This document shows positions 17,895 through 27,540 of a stretch of 64,000 bases of DNA, piece by piece. This DNA is from SAR324 cluster bacterium (GTDB lineage: Bacteria; SAR324; NAC60-12), in the NCBI GenBank assembly GCA_015232315.1, contig JADFZZ010000006.1, forward strand, positions 94,600 through 158,599. Reading direction: 5' to 3'. How positions within the stretch are numbered: position 1 is the stretch's first letter; every line of letters begins with the position of its first letter. Position numbers and translations under genes: made by a program. The notes under the pieces were generated by a model. It saw only the letters and a list, made by a program, of their open reading frames with translations, was not told where the DNA came from and ran no database searches.

Positions 17895-20738
17895 ATGTGC
17901 GGTTTTTCCAGACTACTAACCAGAAATTCTTTTGCAAGGCCGCATGATTCCATGAGGGCTGTAATTAGTTTTTTTGTTATCATTTTCTGGTTGTTGCCGC
18001 TACAAAATTTATTTGCCCAGAATAATGACTGGCCTCATTATAAAATTGAGGTTCACTATCACGATGAATCCAGGGTGTTGCAAGGAAAATGTTCAATCAC
18101 CTTTAACCCTCAGATTTATTCTGGACGTGAATTGATAGTGAGTTTGCCTATGAACCGTTTTGCTTCGATTGATCACCGGGGCACACGTAAAATTTTGGAA
18201 ACTCCTGTTTTTGCATTAGATTCTTACAGCAGACTGAAAGATGATCCTTTGTTTCCCTATGGGTTCCAAAAAGGATTTACCAAGATTGACTCTCTTACAG
18301 ATACCAACAACCGGCCAATTCCATTTTCCATCGAGAATAACCCGGATCTGCCTGTTGGATACAGCACGGAACATGGACTATTACGAGTTTCTCTTGAAGA
18401 GGCAATTCCTGAAAATACGCTTGTTTTTGAATTTACTACCAAATTGCCGGTACGGTTTCAGGACGGACTTGTCTTTAAGGAATTGATGGTAGTTGAATGG
18501 CACCCAGTTTTGCTGTCCTACAAGCATGGAACATGGATAAAGGATATGATGGAACCATCTCCTGGAATCTATGAAGTCATGTGGACTGCTGATACTACAG
18601 GACTTTTAATCACTTCGGCTGGAGATCTGGAATACGGCCAAGCCAGGCAACATGTCAAACTTGAACAAGTCCAGCCGCTCAAATATTTTCCACTGATTTT
18701 CTCACCGAATTATTCTCGATTGAATACTGGACATCCGGTAATCGAGTCCTATTATTTTTCAGAAGATCTACGTCGTGCCCAATTACTACAGATCTGGGGG
18801 GAAGAATTTCTTGATTATATGGCCTCTGAATTTGATTTGAAGCAACCGTGGGACAAAATCAGAATAGTGGAGGTGAGAGGCAATTATGAAGATATCAGGG
18901 TTGTCAATAATCTCATATTGGTCACGATTCCTCATTACAAACGCAGCACCTTTATGGACAGGCGAGTATTGGGCTTTTTTTCGCGTGGTATGGCAGAATT
19001 ATGGTTTGGTGAGAAGGTTTGGGCCAATGAGGATACGCAATTATGGTTGCATATGGGACTGCCAGCCTTTTTCAGTCTGAAATTTTTTGAATATAAATAT
19101 GGGCTTGACGCTAGAATTTTTGATTTTTTTGACTGGCTGAATCCTCACTATCGGGAGCACTTTTTTGAAAGCATGGTGCGCGGAGTGAATCCGGCTTTGG
19201 AAGTACCGATTATGTCTAAAATTTCAAAGTTATCCGACTATCGGGTCTATCTGAAATTTGCGACTTATAAGACAGCATTGGTATTTTCCATGTTACAGTA
19301 TCTGACCGGAAATGCTGCTTTCAGGAAAGGACTTCGTCATTTTTTTGAAAATAATCAGTATCAGGTGGTGACCTTAAAGGATATTCATCAATCTATGGAG
19401 CAAATGTATCCTGAACCGCTGGATTGGTTTTTTTTGCAATGGTTCTATACCACAGATACAATGGATTACGGGATTCGTGAATTCACGTATGATGAATTGC
19501 CAGCGGGAGGATATGAAGTCAGGGTTGTTATTGAAAAAAAAGACAAAGGACAGATGCCGGTTGATGTTGTTATTGAAACCGAAGATGAGCAGGTGATCCA
19601 TAAACGCGCATTGGGAAATCAGGATATTGAGATGATCCGATTTATTACCGTCTCTCCTCCTGTATCCATATCTTTGGATCCTGATGAAATATTATTGGAG
19701 ACTGATAGACAAAACAACCAATCATTTCATTATTTCAGAGTCCGTTTTGCGTTTGACTGGCAGAAAAACAGGGAAATTCTGATCACGTTGGTTCCTAGAG
19801 GAAGCAGTAATGCATTTGATGGCAACCATATTGGTTTGGAAACCAGACATGTTATTGGTGATTATATCTATAATGTGACACCTGGCTATGGAACAAAAAA
19901 CGAACAGCTTACCTATCAATCCTCTGTTGAACGAAGGAATTTGTTGGGAATTAAGGGGTTTGTCGCCAATGTTAATCTTTCCCGGATTGGAGGTATTTTA
20001 TCGAAAGGAGTGGGACTCCTTTATAGTTCGCCTCAACATCAGGAAAAATACTCTTACAATTATGCCGTCAATCTGGCCCAGCAAGCAGCTTTTAAAGCCA
20101 GAAAAACGTCGTCAGGTATCTCTTCAGATATCATTGAAACAGGGGATACCAGCAATATTTCCATATCACATACCAGCAACATTGGATTTGGAAATATATA
20201 TTATCTGGAATTCAATCTGGGATTCGAAAAACCAGTTCTCGCATTGGGGTCTGATTTTGACTACACACTTTGGACTGCTAAAATCCAGCATGCGATCAAA
20301 ACAGGTTTTCGTAAAAGAATTGACTGGGAATGGATAGGGGGAACGACCCAAGGAACCAGTCCATTACAGAAACATCACCAACTTGGCAGTCCAACGGTAT
20401 TGAGAGGTTATCCCCAAAGGACAATCCTGCGGGATGAAAATTTGCTGGCAATGCGGTGTGATTTTTCATTTCCGGTTATTTCTTCACAGTGGTGGGGGGA
20501 TATCTCATCACTTGGAGTTTTAGGAGGTATTTTTTATGATATGGGTAAAGTTTGGGGTAATGATGTGAATCCTGCGGATGTACCACTTCGTCAGGATGTT
20601 GGTGTTGGTCTGGTATGGAACATCAATGCCGTTTCATTGGCAGAAGCCCCCTTGAAAATTGAAGTTGCCTACCCTCTCAATGATCCGGAATTTACCAAGC
20701 CACAGCTTATTCTATTTGAAGTATTAAGCATTTTTTAA
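17895..20738 (+). CDS. M1 aminopeptidase-like domain (degenerate) fused to Omp85-like beta-barrel
   Basis: M1 scaffold segments (LWFG...LWL.MG, YKTALVFSML...G..AFRKGLRHFF, LDWFFLQW, LDPDEILLE); LRGY motif; GIFYDMGKVW; C-terminal Phe. Confidence 0.75.
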   Translation: MCGFSRLLTRNSFARPHDSMRAVISFFVIIFWLLPLQNLFAQNNDWPHYKIEVHYHDESRVLQGKCSITFNPQIYSGRELIVSLPMNRFASIDHRGTRKILETPVFALDSYSRLKDDPLFPYGFQKGFTKIDSLTDTNNRPIPFSIENNPDLPVGYSTEHGLLRVSLEEAIPENTLVFEFTTKLPVRFQDGLVFKELMVVEWHPVLLSYKHGTWIKDMMEPSPGIYEVMWTADTTGLLITSAGDLEYGQARQHVKLEQVQPLKYFPLIFSPNYSRLNTGHPVIESYYFSEDLRRAQLLQIWGEEFLDYMASEFDLKQPWDKIRIVEVRGNYEDIRVVNNLILVTIPHYKRSTFMDRRVLGFFSRGMAELWFGEKVWANEDTQLWLHMGLPAFFSLKFFEYKYGLDARIFDFFDWLNPHYREHFFESMVRGVNPALEVPIMSKISKLSDYRVYLKFATYKTALVFSMLQYLTGNAAFRKGLRHFFENNQYQVVTLKDIHQSMEQMYPEPLDWFFLQWFYTTDTMDYGIREFTYDELPAGGYEVRVVIEKKDKGQMPVDVVIETEDEQVIHKRALGNQDIEMIRFITVSPPVSISLDPDEILLETDRQNNQSFHYFRVRFAFDWQKNREILITLVPRGSSNAFDGNHIGLETRHVIGDYIYNVTPGYGTKNEQLTYQSSVERRNLLGIKGFVANVNLSRIGGILSKGVGLLYSSPQHQEKYSYNYAVNLAQQAAFKARKTSSGISSDIIETGDTSNISISHTSNIGFGNIYYLEFNLGFEKPVLALGSDFDYTLWTAKIQHAIKTGFRKRIDWEWIGGTTQGTSPLQKHHQLGSPTVLRGYPQRTILRDENLLAMRCDFSFPVISSQWWGDISSLGVLGGIFYDMGKVWGNDVNPADVPLRQDVGVGLVWNINAVSLAEAPLKIEVAYPLNDPEFTKPQLILFEVLSIF

Positions 20739-21088
20739 GGTTCTATCCTGAGTGTCGTTTGTGTTTCCTGATGCCCAAGAATAACGAATCCAGAATCTAT
20801 TTTCAAAATCCTGTAGGATTTTGCTTCTTCTCCTGTTTTCAGAATATATTTTAGGTCGTTAATCTGAATATAAGCGTGTGCAATGCCATCAATTCTTCCA
20901 ATCGCCAGAAGTTTTGGTTCTGACTGATTTGCTACAGATTTTGCTGAATCTGAAGGTTTTGGTGCACTTGCGGGAACAGGCTTAGTCGGTTGAATCAGGC
21001 TGGAAAAAGGATCCCTTTCCTGAGCCGATGTTGATGATGGGAACATTAATAAAAAAAGGATCAGCGTAGTTGGAATGAAGGGTATCAT
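20735..21088 (-). CDS. PilP-like pilus assembly protein
   Basis: Signal peptide, RDPF motif, Pro-rich linker, short beta domain. Lies directly downstream of pilO. Confidence 0.65.
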   Translation of the reverse strand: MIPFIPTTLILFLLMFPSSTSAQERDPFSSLIQPTKPVPASAPKPSDSAKSVANQSEPKLLAIGRIDGIAHAYIQINDLKYILKTGEEAKSYRILKIDSGFVILGHQETQTTLRIEP

Positions 21089-21098
21089 GGTTCAAGGA

Positions 21099-21707
21099 TT
21101 ATTGAAGGTTGATCGCATTCGGCGATTGAGTTTGGGATAAGGCATAACGATGATAGACACTCAGGGAAATGTTGATTTTTAAATCTGGTGTGACTGTTTT
21201 TGAAACCTGATTCTCAATGTGAAGTTTTCGGATGTTGATCAGGATAGGAAGTTCCTGAATTTTTTTAATAAACTGGATCAATTGACGGTATTGGCCGGTT
21301 AGTTCCAGAACAATGCTAAGTTCAGCATAATGTTCAAACGGTTTTTCAGGGGGGATAACCTGCCGTAACAGTTTGATTTGGCTTTCTTTGACTACTTTAA
21401 AAAGATGCTGATTTAATTCAGCAATATTCCATTCCAGCGGGAGCGCTCTGTCGATAAGTTGCATTTGCTCCTGAATCCTTTGTTTTTCAGCCTCAAAATG
21501 TGTTTGATGCCGCTCATATTGTTGTAGTTCATTCAGAGCCTGAACAGATTCCGTGAGTTTTTTTTCCAATCGGGTTTTGTCGTTTAATGCGGGTCTGAGT
21601 TTCAGATTATAAAACATCATCATGCATAATATAATGCCCAGAATGATTAGAAGCAGTTTTTTTTGTTCATGATTCCAATTGCCTGGAATTGATAAAATAG
21701 TATTCAT
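21099..21707 (-). CDS. pilO: Type IV pilus assembly protein PilO
   Basis: N-terminal TM, coiled coil, ALP, YAELSIVLELTGQYRQLIQFIKKIQELPILINI. Confidence 0.85.
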   Translation of the reverse strand: MNTILSIPGNWNHEQKKLLLIILGIILCMMMFYNLKLRPALNDKTRLEKKLTESVQALNELQQYERHQTHFEAEKQRIQEQMQLIDRALPLEWNIAELNQHLFKVVKESQIKLLRQVIPPEKPFEHYAELSIVLELTGQYRQLIQFIKKIQELPILINIRKLHIENQVSKTVTPDLKINISLSVYHRYALSQTQSPNAINLQ

Positions 21708-21722
21708 CAGGATTGTTCAGTT

Positions 21723-23651
21723 ATGTCAGTATTGATATTAGTTCAGCTTATTACATTTATGGGGATATTCTTTCTGGCTCGCCTGGTTTTCCTTATATAT
21801 TACTGGGAATTTTTTGACAAATATTCTTTCAATGAATTGTTGTGGAGTTTTATTCATGGCGTCAGGTTTGATCTGGTTGTGATCCTTAAGTTATCACTCG
21901 TACTGCTAATACCAGTGTTGTTGAGCTATGGAAAGATTCAACGTATATTTCTCAGAATTCTCCCCTATTATCTTTGGGGATGCATGTTCTTTTTTCTATT
22001 ATTGCATGTATCGGATCTGACATATTATCGTACAATCGGAAGACGACTTTCTTTTGAGTTTTTCACAATTGGGGGAGACATCCTGCCTGTTGCTAAGTTA
22101 GCGTTTACGTCATTTTTTTGGGAGTCCGCAGGGGGTGTGCTGGTTACAGTTCTGTTTACATGGGGCTGGTTTCGGTTATGGAGAGCAATCTCTCAGAATA
22201 GAAATTCTGGTTTGAAACCCTCCCTTGTGAACTGGGGGCAACGGTTGGTTTTACTTGTTGTTCTGGCTATCGGGGCTAGAGGTGGGCTACAGAGCAAACC
22301 GTTATCCCAATCAATGGCCTTTCAAAATGAACCACTGCCGCTTGGACATCTGACATTGAGTGCTCCATTCACGGTGATGGAGCAAATGACCATGGACAGG
22401 ATCCATAAATTAGCATGGTTATCAGAGGATGACTCTTTGAAAATTGCCAGGAATCTGGTGAAAAATCACAAAACCAATGAGATTTTTCTGGACAAGGAAC
22501 ATGCGTTTTATCGGATATCCCAACAGGAACATACCACCGGACAAAAGCCATTGAATGTGGTCGTAATTATGCTGGAAAGCTGGACTGCACGGTACATGGC
22601 GTCTTTTGGGGGACCTGTTGCATCGACTCCAAATTTTGATAGTTTGTGTAAAAAAGGCCAGGTCTTTGATCAATTTTATGCCAATGGATCGCGTTCCATT
22701 ATTGGTATTGCCTCAGTTCTGGCCTCTATTCCGGGATTCACGGACGCTCAGGTTATCATGGGGGCGTTCACACAAAATACCATGACTTCGTTTCCACAAA
22801 TTCTGGAACAAAATGGCTATCAAACGCTCTTCCTTCATGGTGGGTTTGAAGGAAGCCTGGGAATTCATGATTTTGCGAGAAAACTTGGTTATGATAAGGT
22901 AATCGCTAAAGAAAATTTTGAAAATCCTGACAACAAATGGGATGGTTTATGGGGGATCTGGGATCATTTTCAATTTGAGAGATTCAAACAGGAACTGGAT
23001 TCGTTACAGGAACCATTTCATGGGGCAATTTTTACATCATCGTCCCACCAGCCCTTTCATCTTCCTGATCCTGAATTTTCTGTTTTTGATTCTTCAGTTC
23101 CAGATTATGAATGGTTAAATGCCCTGCACTATTCAGATTGGGCTCTAGGACAGTTTTTTGAACAAGCCAAGTCTTCATCGTGGTTTAAGAATACGGTGTT
23201 TGTTATTACAGCGGATCACACCATCTGGGCACATCGTGGAAAGGCGGTCGAAAATGCTCACATACCGTTGTTGATATATTCACCCTCAGAAGTCATTGCT
23301 CCGGGAATAAATCATACCATAGGTTCCCAAGTGGATATATTGCCATCCATGATAGATTTGCTAGGCCTTTCGACGGCTCATTCGTCTATGGGGAAAAGCC
23401 TGTTTTCAGAAACCAGTGAGTCCTTTGCCTTGTTTAATTCTGTCATCTATTTGTGGATCACACCAGATTATGCACTCAGCTTTGTGGATAACAAGTTAGC
23501 ATCCATCTATAATAATCATACAAAAGTTTTGCAGGAAAAAATCAATTTTACAAAACTGCCTTCGGACATTCAGTCTGAAATCCGCACATACCTAGGCTAT
23601 ACCCAGACAGCGCATAATACGCTCATTACCAATTCTATTGCGCCCTGGTAG
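21723..23651 (+). CDS. LTA synthase (LtaS/MdoB) family membrane sulfatase-like phosphoglycerol transferase
   Basis: About 5 TM N-terminus with GVRFD and RGG; NVVVIMLES, TPNFD, SSHQPF, YSDWALG, ITADH, HIPLLIY, SQVDILP. Confidence 0.9.
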   Translation: MSVLILVQLITFMGIFFLARLVFLIYYWEFFDKYSFNELLWSFIHGVRFDLVVILKLSLVLLIPVLLSYGKIQRIFLRILPYYLWGCMFFFLLLHVSDLTYYRTIGRRLSFEFFTIGGDILPVAKLAFTSFFWESAGGVLVTVLFTWGWFRLWRAISQNRNSGLKPSLVNWGQRLVLLVVLAIGARGGLQSKPLSQSMAFQNEPLPLGHLTLSAPFTVMEQMTMDRIHKLAWLSEDDSLKIARNLVKNHKTNEIFLDKEHAFYRISQQEHTTGQKPLNVVVIMLESWTARYMASFGGPVASTPNFDSLCKKGQVFDQFYANGSRSIIGIASVLASIPGFTDAQVIMGAFTQNTMTSFPQILEQNGYQTLFLHGGFEGSLGIHDFARKLGYDKVIAKENFENPDNKWDGLWGIWDHFQFERFKQELDSLQEPFHGAIFTSSSHQPFHLPDPEFSVFDSSVPDYEWLNALHYSDWALGQFFEQAKSSSWFKNTVFVITADHTIWAHRGKAVENAHIPLLIYSPSEVIAPGINHTIGSQVDILPSMIDLLGLSTAHSSMGKSLFSETSESFALFNSVIYLWITPDYALSFVDNKLASIYNNHTKVLQEKINFTKLPSDIQSEIRTYLGYTQTAHNTLITNSIAPW

Positions 23652-23655
23652 GTTG

Positions 23656-24897
23656 TTATTGAAAAATTGTATGTTTCAATTCGATATTCAAAACAAATTC
23701 TGTGACTTCTCTCTGATAAAGTTCGACTTTTTGTTGTAATTTAAAATGAACGTTTTGGATGAGTGAATTACTTTTCAATGAGACAAGCACTTGCGGAATT
23801 AATTCCGGATCAATCGTGAAGAGTGCCACCTCTACTTTGCCATCCTGATAATCCAGCGATTTAACCCAGACACCTTGAATGGGCGAAATGATTTGATCCA
23901 GAACAGAGTGCGCCAGCGAAGAATAGGTCTTTAAATGTTGATAAAGCGCATTGACCTGAAGAAAATGGTTTTGCTGTGCGGTATAATCATTGAGAAGTTG
24001 GAGTTGAATTCGACGTTCATCCGTTTTAAGCATGGCCTGCGTCAATTCGGTTTTGATATGATCTATGGAATTGCGAGTGTATTGATGCCAAATAAGAATT
24101 CCTGAAATTAATAGGGAGGGGACTGCAATTAACAGGGATTTTTGATATTTTGCGAGATTCTGTGATTTCTGTACATTCCAGGAAAAAGGATGTCGGGTTG
24201 AGGTTTGGGAAAATTGCCCTTGGGAAATTAAATTTTCAATGGTCAGAGTATTTGTCGCCTCATCTTGATTAACAGAGATCGTTAGACAGGTTAGTTGTTG
24301 AGTCTCCAACTGTTTCATATCTGCGAGCAGCAGTAATGCCTGTTGCCGGTCAGTTGCATGGATATTTACCCATTGCTGAATTTTTCCTCGTTGGGTTTGG
24401 ATAAACGTGTATTTAGCGGCTGTTTCGAGAAGAATATGATGGTTAGGATATTGCTGTAATTCTGGAATGCACAAATAAGTGAGTGGTATTGATTCAATAG
24501 GGGTTCGAGACAGTTTTTGCAGAACTTTAATCAATGCTTGTGTTGCGAAGGACATCATCGAACAGAATAACGCACCGAATTGTGTGCCATCTTCTAAAAA
24601 ACAGAAACCCACAGAAGAATCCAGTATATGAGGGGTTTGGAACCGATTCCTGATATATTGGGTAATTTCTTCGTTGTTTAAGGATGTGAATAACTGTTCA
24701 TGGGAATTCATCACCCAGGGATATTCAAGCAATAGAATAATTTTTGAATATTTTTTTTGAGGGAATAGTTCGGCAATGGATTGGGGTGAATTATCGGATG
24801 GATACGTGGTAGAAAATATTTGTTTTCCATTTGATAGCCCCCACACTTGGTGGGGCCCCAGGATCAGATAAAAAATATCTTTTGAGAATAACCGCAT
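23656..24897 (-). CDS. PilM/PilN (GspL)-like pilus alignment protein, divergent
   Basis: Cytoplasmic N-domain, single TM (SLLIAVPSLLISGILIW), coiled coil, PilN-like GVWVKSL...FVLNIEL. Context of pilD and pilO. Confidence 0.55.
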   Translation of the reverse strand: MRLFSKDIFYLILGPHQVWGLSNGKQIFSTTYPSDNSPQSIAELFPQKKYSKIILLLEYPWVMNSHEQLFTSLNNEEITQYIRNRFQTPHILDSSVGFCFLEDGTQFGALFCSMMSFATQALIKVLQKLSRTPIESIPLTYLCIPELQQYPNHHILLETAAKYTFIQTQRGKIQQWVNIHATDRQQALLLLADMKQLETQQLTCLTISVNQDEATNTLTIENLISQGQFSQTSTRHPFSWNVQKSQNLAKYQKSLLIAVPSLLISGILIWHQYTRNSIDHIKTELTQAMLKTDERRIQLQLLNDYTAQQNHFLQVNALYQHLKTYSSLAHSVLDQIISPIQGVWVKSLDYQDGKVEVALFTIDPELIPQVLVSLKSNSLIQNVHFKLQQKVELYQREVTEFVLNIELKHTIFQ

Positions 24898-24925
24898 CAG
24901 TATTCGGCGTTAATATAAATCACAA

Positions 24926-25705
24926 TTATTCAAAAATGAAAGGCTTCATGATATTGGTCAATGGATGATCAATATGTTGAATCAAATAGACCAAACTGCC
25001 TCCCAGACATAAAAAAGGAGCAAAAGGGATTTGAGTGCTTCCAACGGGCTGTTTTTTGATGATCAACACACCCACACCTATTATTAAGCCACTGATTGCC
25101 GCCAGTAAAACCACCAGACTTAATCCTTGCCAACCCGTCCATAGTGCAACCAGTCCCAGCACAGCCGCGTCTCCATCGCCCAATCCTGGCCGGCGCCTCA
25201 GGGTTTCATAAAAAAAACCAATAAAATAAAAAGCTCCCGCAGCCACTAGCATGCCTGTCAGAAAAGATAAAAGCTGATTGGTTTCAAACAGAATAATCCA
25301 GGTGACACGCAGACAAATTCCTCCTACAATGATCCGTGGTTCTATGGTCATTGTATTCCAGTCGATGACGGCAATGATGATCAGCAGATATAGCAACAGC
25401 AATTCATTAATTATTGACAGAGAATAGCCACGCCAGAGAAACAACCCAATAGTTCCCATGAACGTCAGACATTCAATCAGCAATGGTTGAAGGGGGAGTG
25501 GATTGTCGCAGGATTGGCATTTTTTTCCAGCAAGCCAGTATCCTGCCAGTGGAATATTCAACAAAACCGGGAGTTGGTTCTGGCAGGAGTTGCATGTGCC
25601 GAGAGAAAATAAGGGGAGATCATCAGGCATACGTTGAATACACCGGTTCAGAATAATGCTGCTGAAACCTCCCAGAATGATAATGCCTAAAAACTCAAGG
25701 ATCAT
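24926..25705 (-). CDS. pilD: Prepilin peptidase / N-methyltransferase
   Basis: Two CxxC pairs (CNSC, CQSC), IDW, GLGDGD catalytic aspartates, IPFAPFL. Confidence 0.92.
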   Translation of the reverse strand: MILEFLGIIILGGFSSIILNRCIQRMPDDLPLFSLGTCNSCQNQLPVLLNIPLAGYWLAGKKCQSCDNPLPLQPLLIECLTFMGTIGLFLWRGYSLSIINELLLLYLLIIIAVIDWNTMTIEPRIIVGGICLRVTWIILFETNQLLSFLTGMLVAAGAFYFIGFFYETLRRRPGLGDGDAAVLGLVALWTGWQGLSLVVLLAAISGLIIGVGVLIIKKQPVGSTQIPFAPFLCLGGSLVYLIQHIDHPLTNIMKPFIFE

Positions 25706-25707
25706 GT

Positions 25708-26706
25708 TTATTTTACAGGAGAAATTTCGCCTGTATTACCATCAATATGATAATGACGAGTTTTTGAAGCTGATTTTATTTTTATCAATATGCTTCCTTC
25801 TCCAATGTCATCTGCTTTTGCATCATCCGGAACGGCCCAGATTGTGACGTTTCCATCAAATTCCTGGTCTTGGTATCGTGGAGAGTTTATTTCAATAGGA
25901 AAACGGACAAAACCACTTGCATCCAGTTCCACACTTTCCGGGAACTGGATATTGGGGTAATTGCTTCGTAGATAGAGTTTTCCAGTTCTTCCCAGATTTT
26001 GACCTGTTTGCACGTTGCCAAGCTGGATAGACAAGCGGATTGTTGATTGCTGTGTTTTTGTGAAATCAACGTCATAGGAATCGGCTGTGATGAATAATTT
26101 ATAGGGAATATCTTCAATTTTTTTAGATAGATCATCAGTGCTGGAAATGGAAACCACTCTTTTTCCAGGAACAAGTTCTATGGAGGAGTTTTTGTTATCC
26201 ACAGAGATCAGCCCTTCTGTCAGCGCAATAGAGGAGGCTGTTTCATTGGTTGAAACTCTAAGAGATGTTCCTTTAACTCCAATTGTTGCAGTGGGTGTTT
26301 TGATGGAAGTTTGCTGCCGACTTTTTTGCATTTTCCCCCAAAAGGATCCCATTTTCATAAAAAAATTGTAGCGAAAAGAACGTTGTTCAGTTTCTTGTTC
26401 TTTTCCTGTTTCAATCATGAACTGGGTGTTTTCAAAAAGTCTAATTTCAGAACCATCTCTGAACAGGACTGTCACTCGTCCGCCCTGACCCGTTATGATG
26501 GTATCATCCTGATAAAGCAAGAGCCCTTCTCGGCCCATTGTGCGTTTATTCATTTTTGAAATTTGCACCTCCACTTTTCCATTAACCTTGGTCAAGGTCG
26601 CGACAGCCGTGGGATTTTGAGCGAAAAGAGTGTTTGTCATCAATGTGACGGTAATCACTACAACCGAAAGAATTAGTTTTGTTGGATATCGCATATATTT
26701 TTTCAT
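25708..26706 (-). CDS. Exported FecR-domain protein
   Basis: Signal peptide; DTIITG, FRDGSEIRL.ENT, IKTPTATIGVKGT. Confidence 0.8.
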   Translation of the reverse strand: MKKYMRYPTKLILSVVVITVTLMTNTLFAQNPTAVATLTKVNGKVEVQISKMNKRTMGREGLLLYQDDTIITGQGGRVTVLFRDGSEIRLFENTQFMIETGKEQETEQRSFRYNFFMKMGSFWGKMQKSRQQTSIKTPTATIGVKGTSLRVSTNETASSIALTEGLISVDNKNSSIELVPGKRVVSISSTDDLSKKIEDIPYKLFITADSYDVDFTKTQQSTIRLSIQLGNVQTGQNLGRTGKLYLRSNYPNIQFPESVELDASGFVRFPIEINSPRYQDQEFDGNVTIWAVPDDAKADDIGEGSILIKIKSASKTRHYHIDGNTGEISPVK

Positions 26707-26718
26707 AAGTCCTCTTGG

Positions 26719-27492
26719 TTAATGGCCACGTTGTCTTTTTGTAAATTCTAAGAGTGGAGGAACAACTGAATCAGCATTCAATAATCCGTTCATATAATCA
26801 ATTTTTGGTAAAATCAAATATCTTCCATGGGGCATCGACCGCCCGGCTTCACGAACCGACAAAAATATTGGTTCTGATGTGCTGGTAAACAACATCGCAT
26901 GGGTTGTCATTGCGGGTAGATGCGATTCAACACCTTGCCATTGCGCACTTGTCTCCAAGGAATTGATGTAGGCCTGACTAGAACCGCAAATAATTTTCTG
27001 CTGAATATCTTCTGCAAGATTCCATTCCTGATGATTATTCAAATAATTTTTGATCAATCCTTCACGGATCAGTTGGATGTTTGCTGTTAATGAAGAATTT
27101 TCTCCAGTATTGGCATAAGGATGCATTCCAAAAATTGAAAGAGAACGTAAATGCTGTGTATGATAGGCTGCCATCATGAATCCTACCTGTGCGCCTATTC
27201 CAAAACCTAAAAAATGAAAGCTGTCAATTCCGAGTTCGGCTTTGATGGCCAACACATGCTCAATTCTGGATTCAATTTTATAAAACTCAGGTTCTTCCGG
27301 TGAATCACTATTTCCTTGTCCCAATGGGTCAATCAAGACCAGTCGGAAGTGATCTCCCAAAAGATCCACATAATAAGATTTATACCAGCAGTCCAGAGTT
27401 AGGAATGCTGGTGCATGCAGAATCAGGAATGGGCCTTTATCTCCTTCAACTTCATAGTAAATACGCTGTTTTTGACTTACAACAATAGGCAT
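26719..27492 (-). CDS. Alpha/beta hydrolase fold protein, apparently lacking the catalytic Ser and His
   Basis: IYYEVEG..GP, LIDPLGQGNSD; nucleophile elbow reads LGFGIGA. Confidence 0.8.
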   Translation of the reverse strand: MPIVVSQKQRIYYEVEGDKGPFLILHAPAFLTLDCWYKSYYVDLLGDHFRLVLIDPLGQGNSDSPEEPEFYKIESRIEHVLAIKAELGIDSFHFLGFGIGAQVGFMMAAYHTQHLRSLSIFGMHPYANTGENSSLTANIQLIREGLIKNYLNNHQEWNLAEDIQQKIICGSSQAYINSLETSAQWQGVESHLPAMTTHAMLFTSTSEPIFLSVREAGRSMPHGRYLILPKIDYMNGLLNADSVVPPLLEFTKRQRGH

Positions 27493-27540
27493 AATTCTCG
27501 TTTAAATGGACATGCGAAGTAAAATTAGGGTTCAAATAAA

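Noticed and set aside
26195..26203. Perfect DnaA box TTATCCACA
   Set aside because: A single copy inside a coding sequence with no cluster or origin context.
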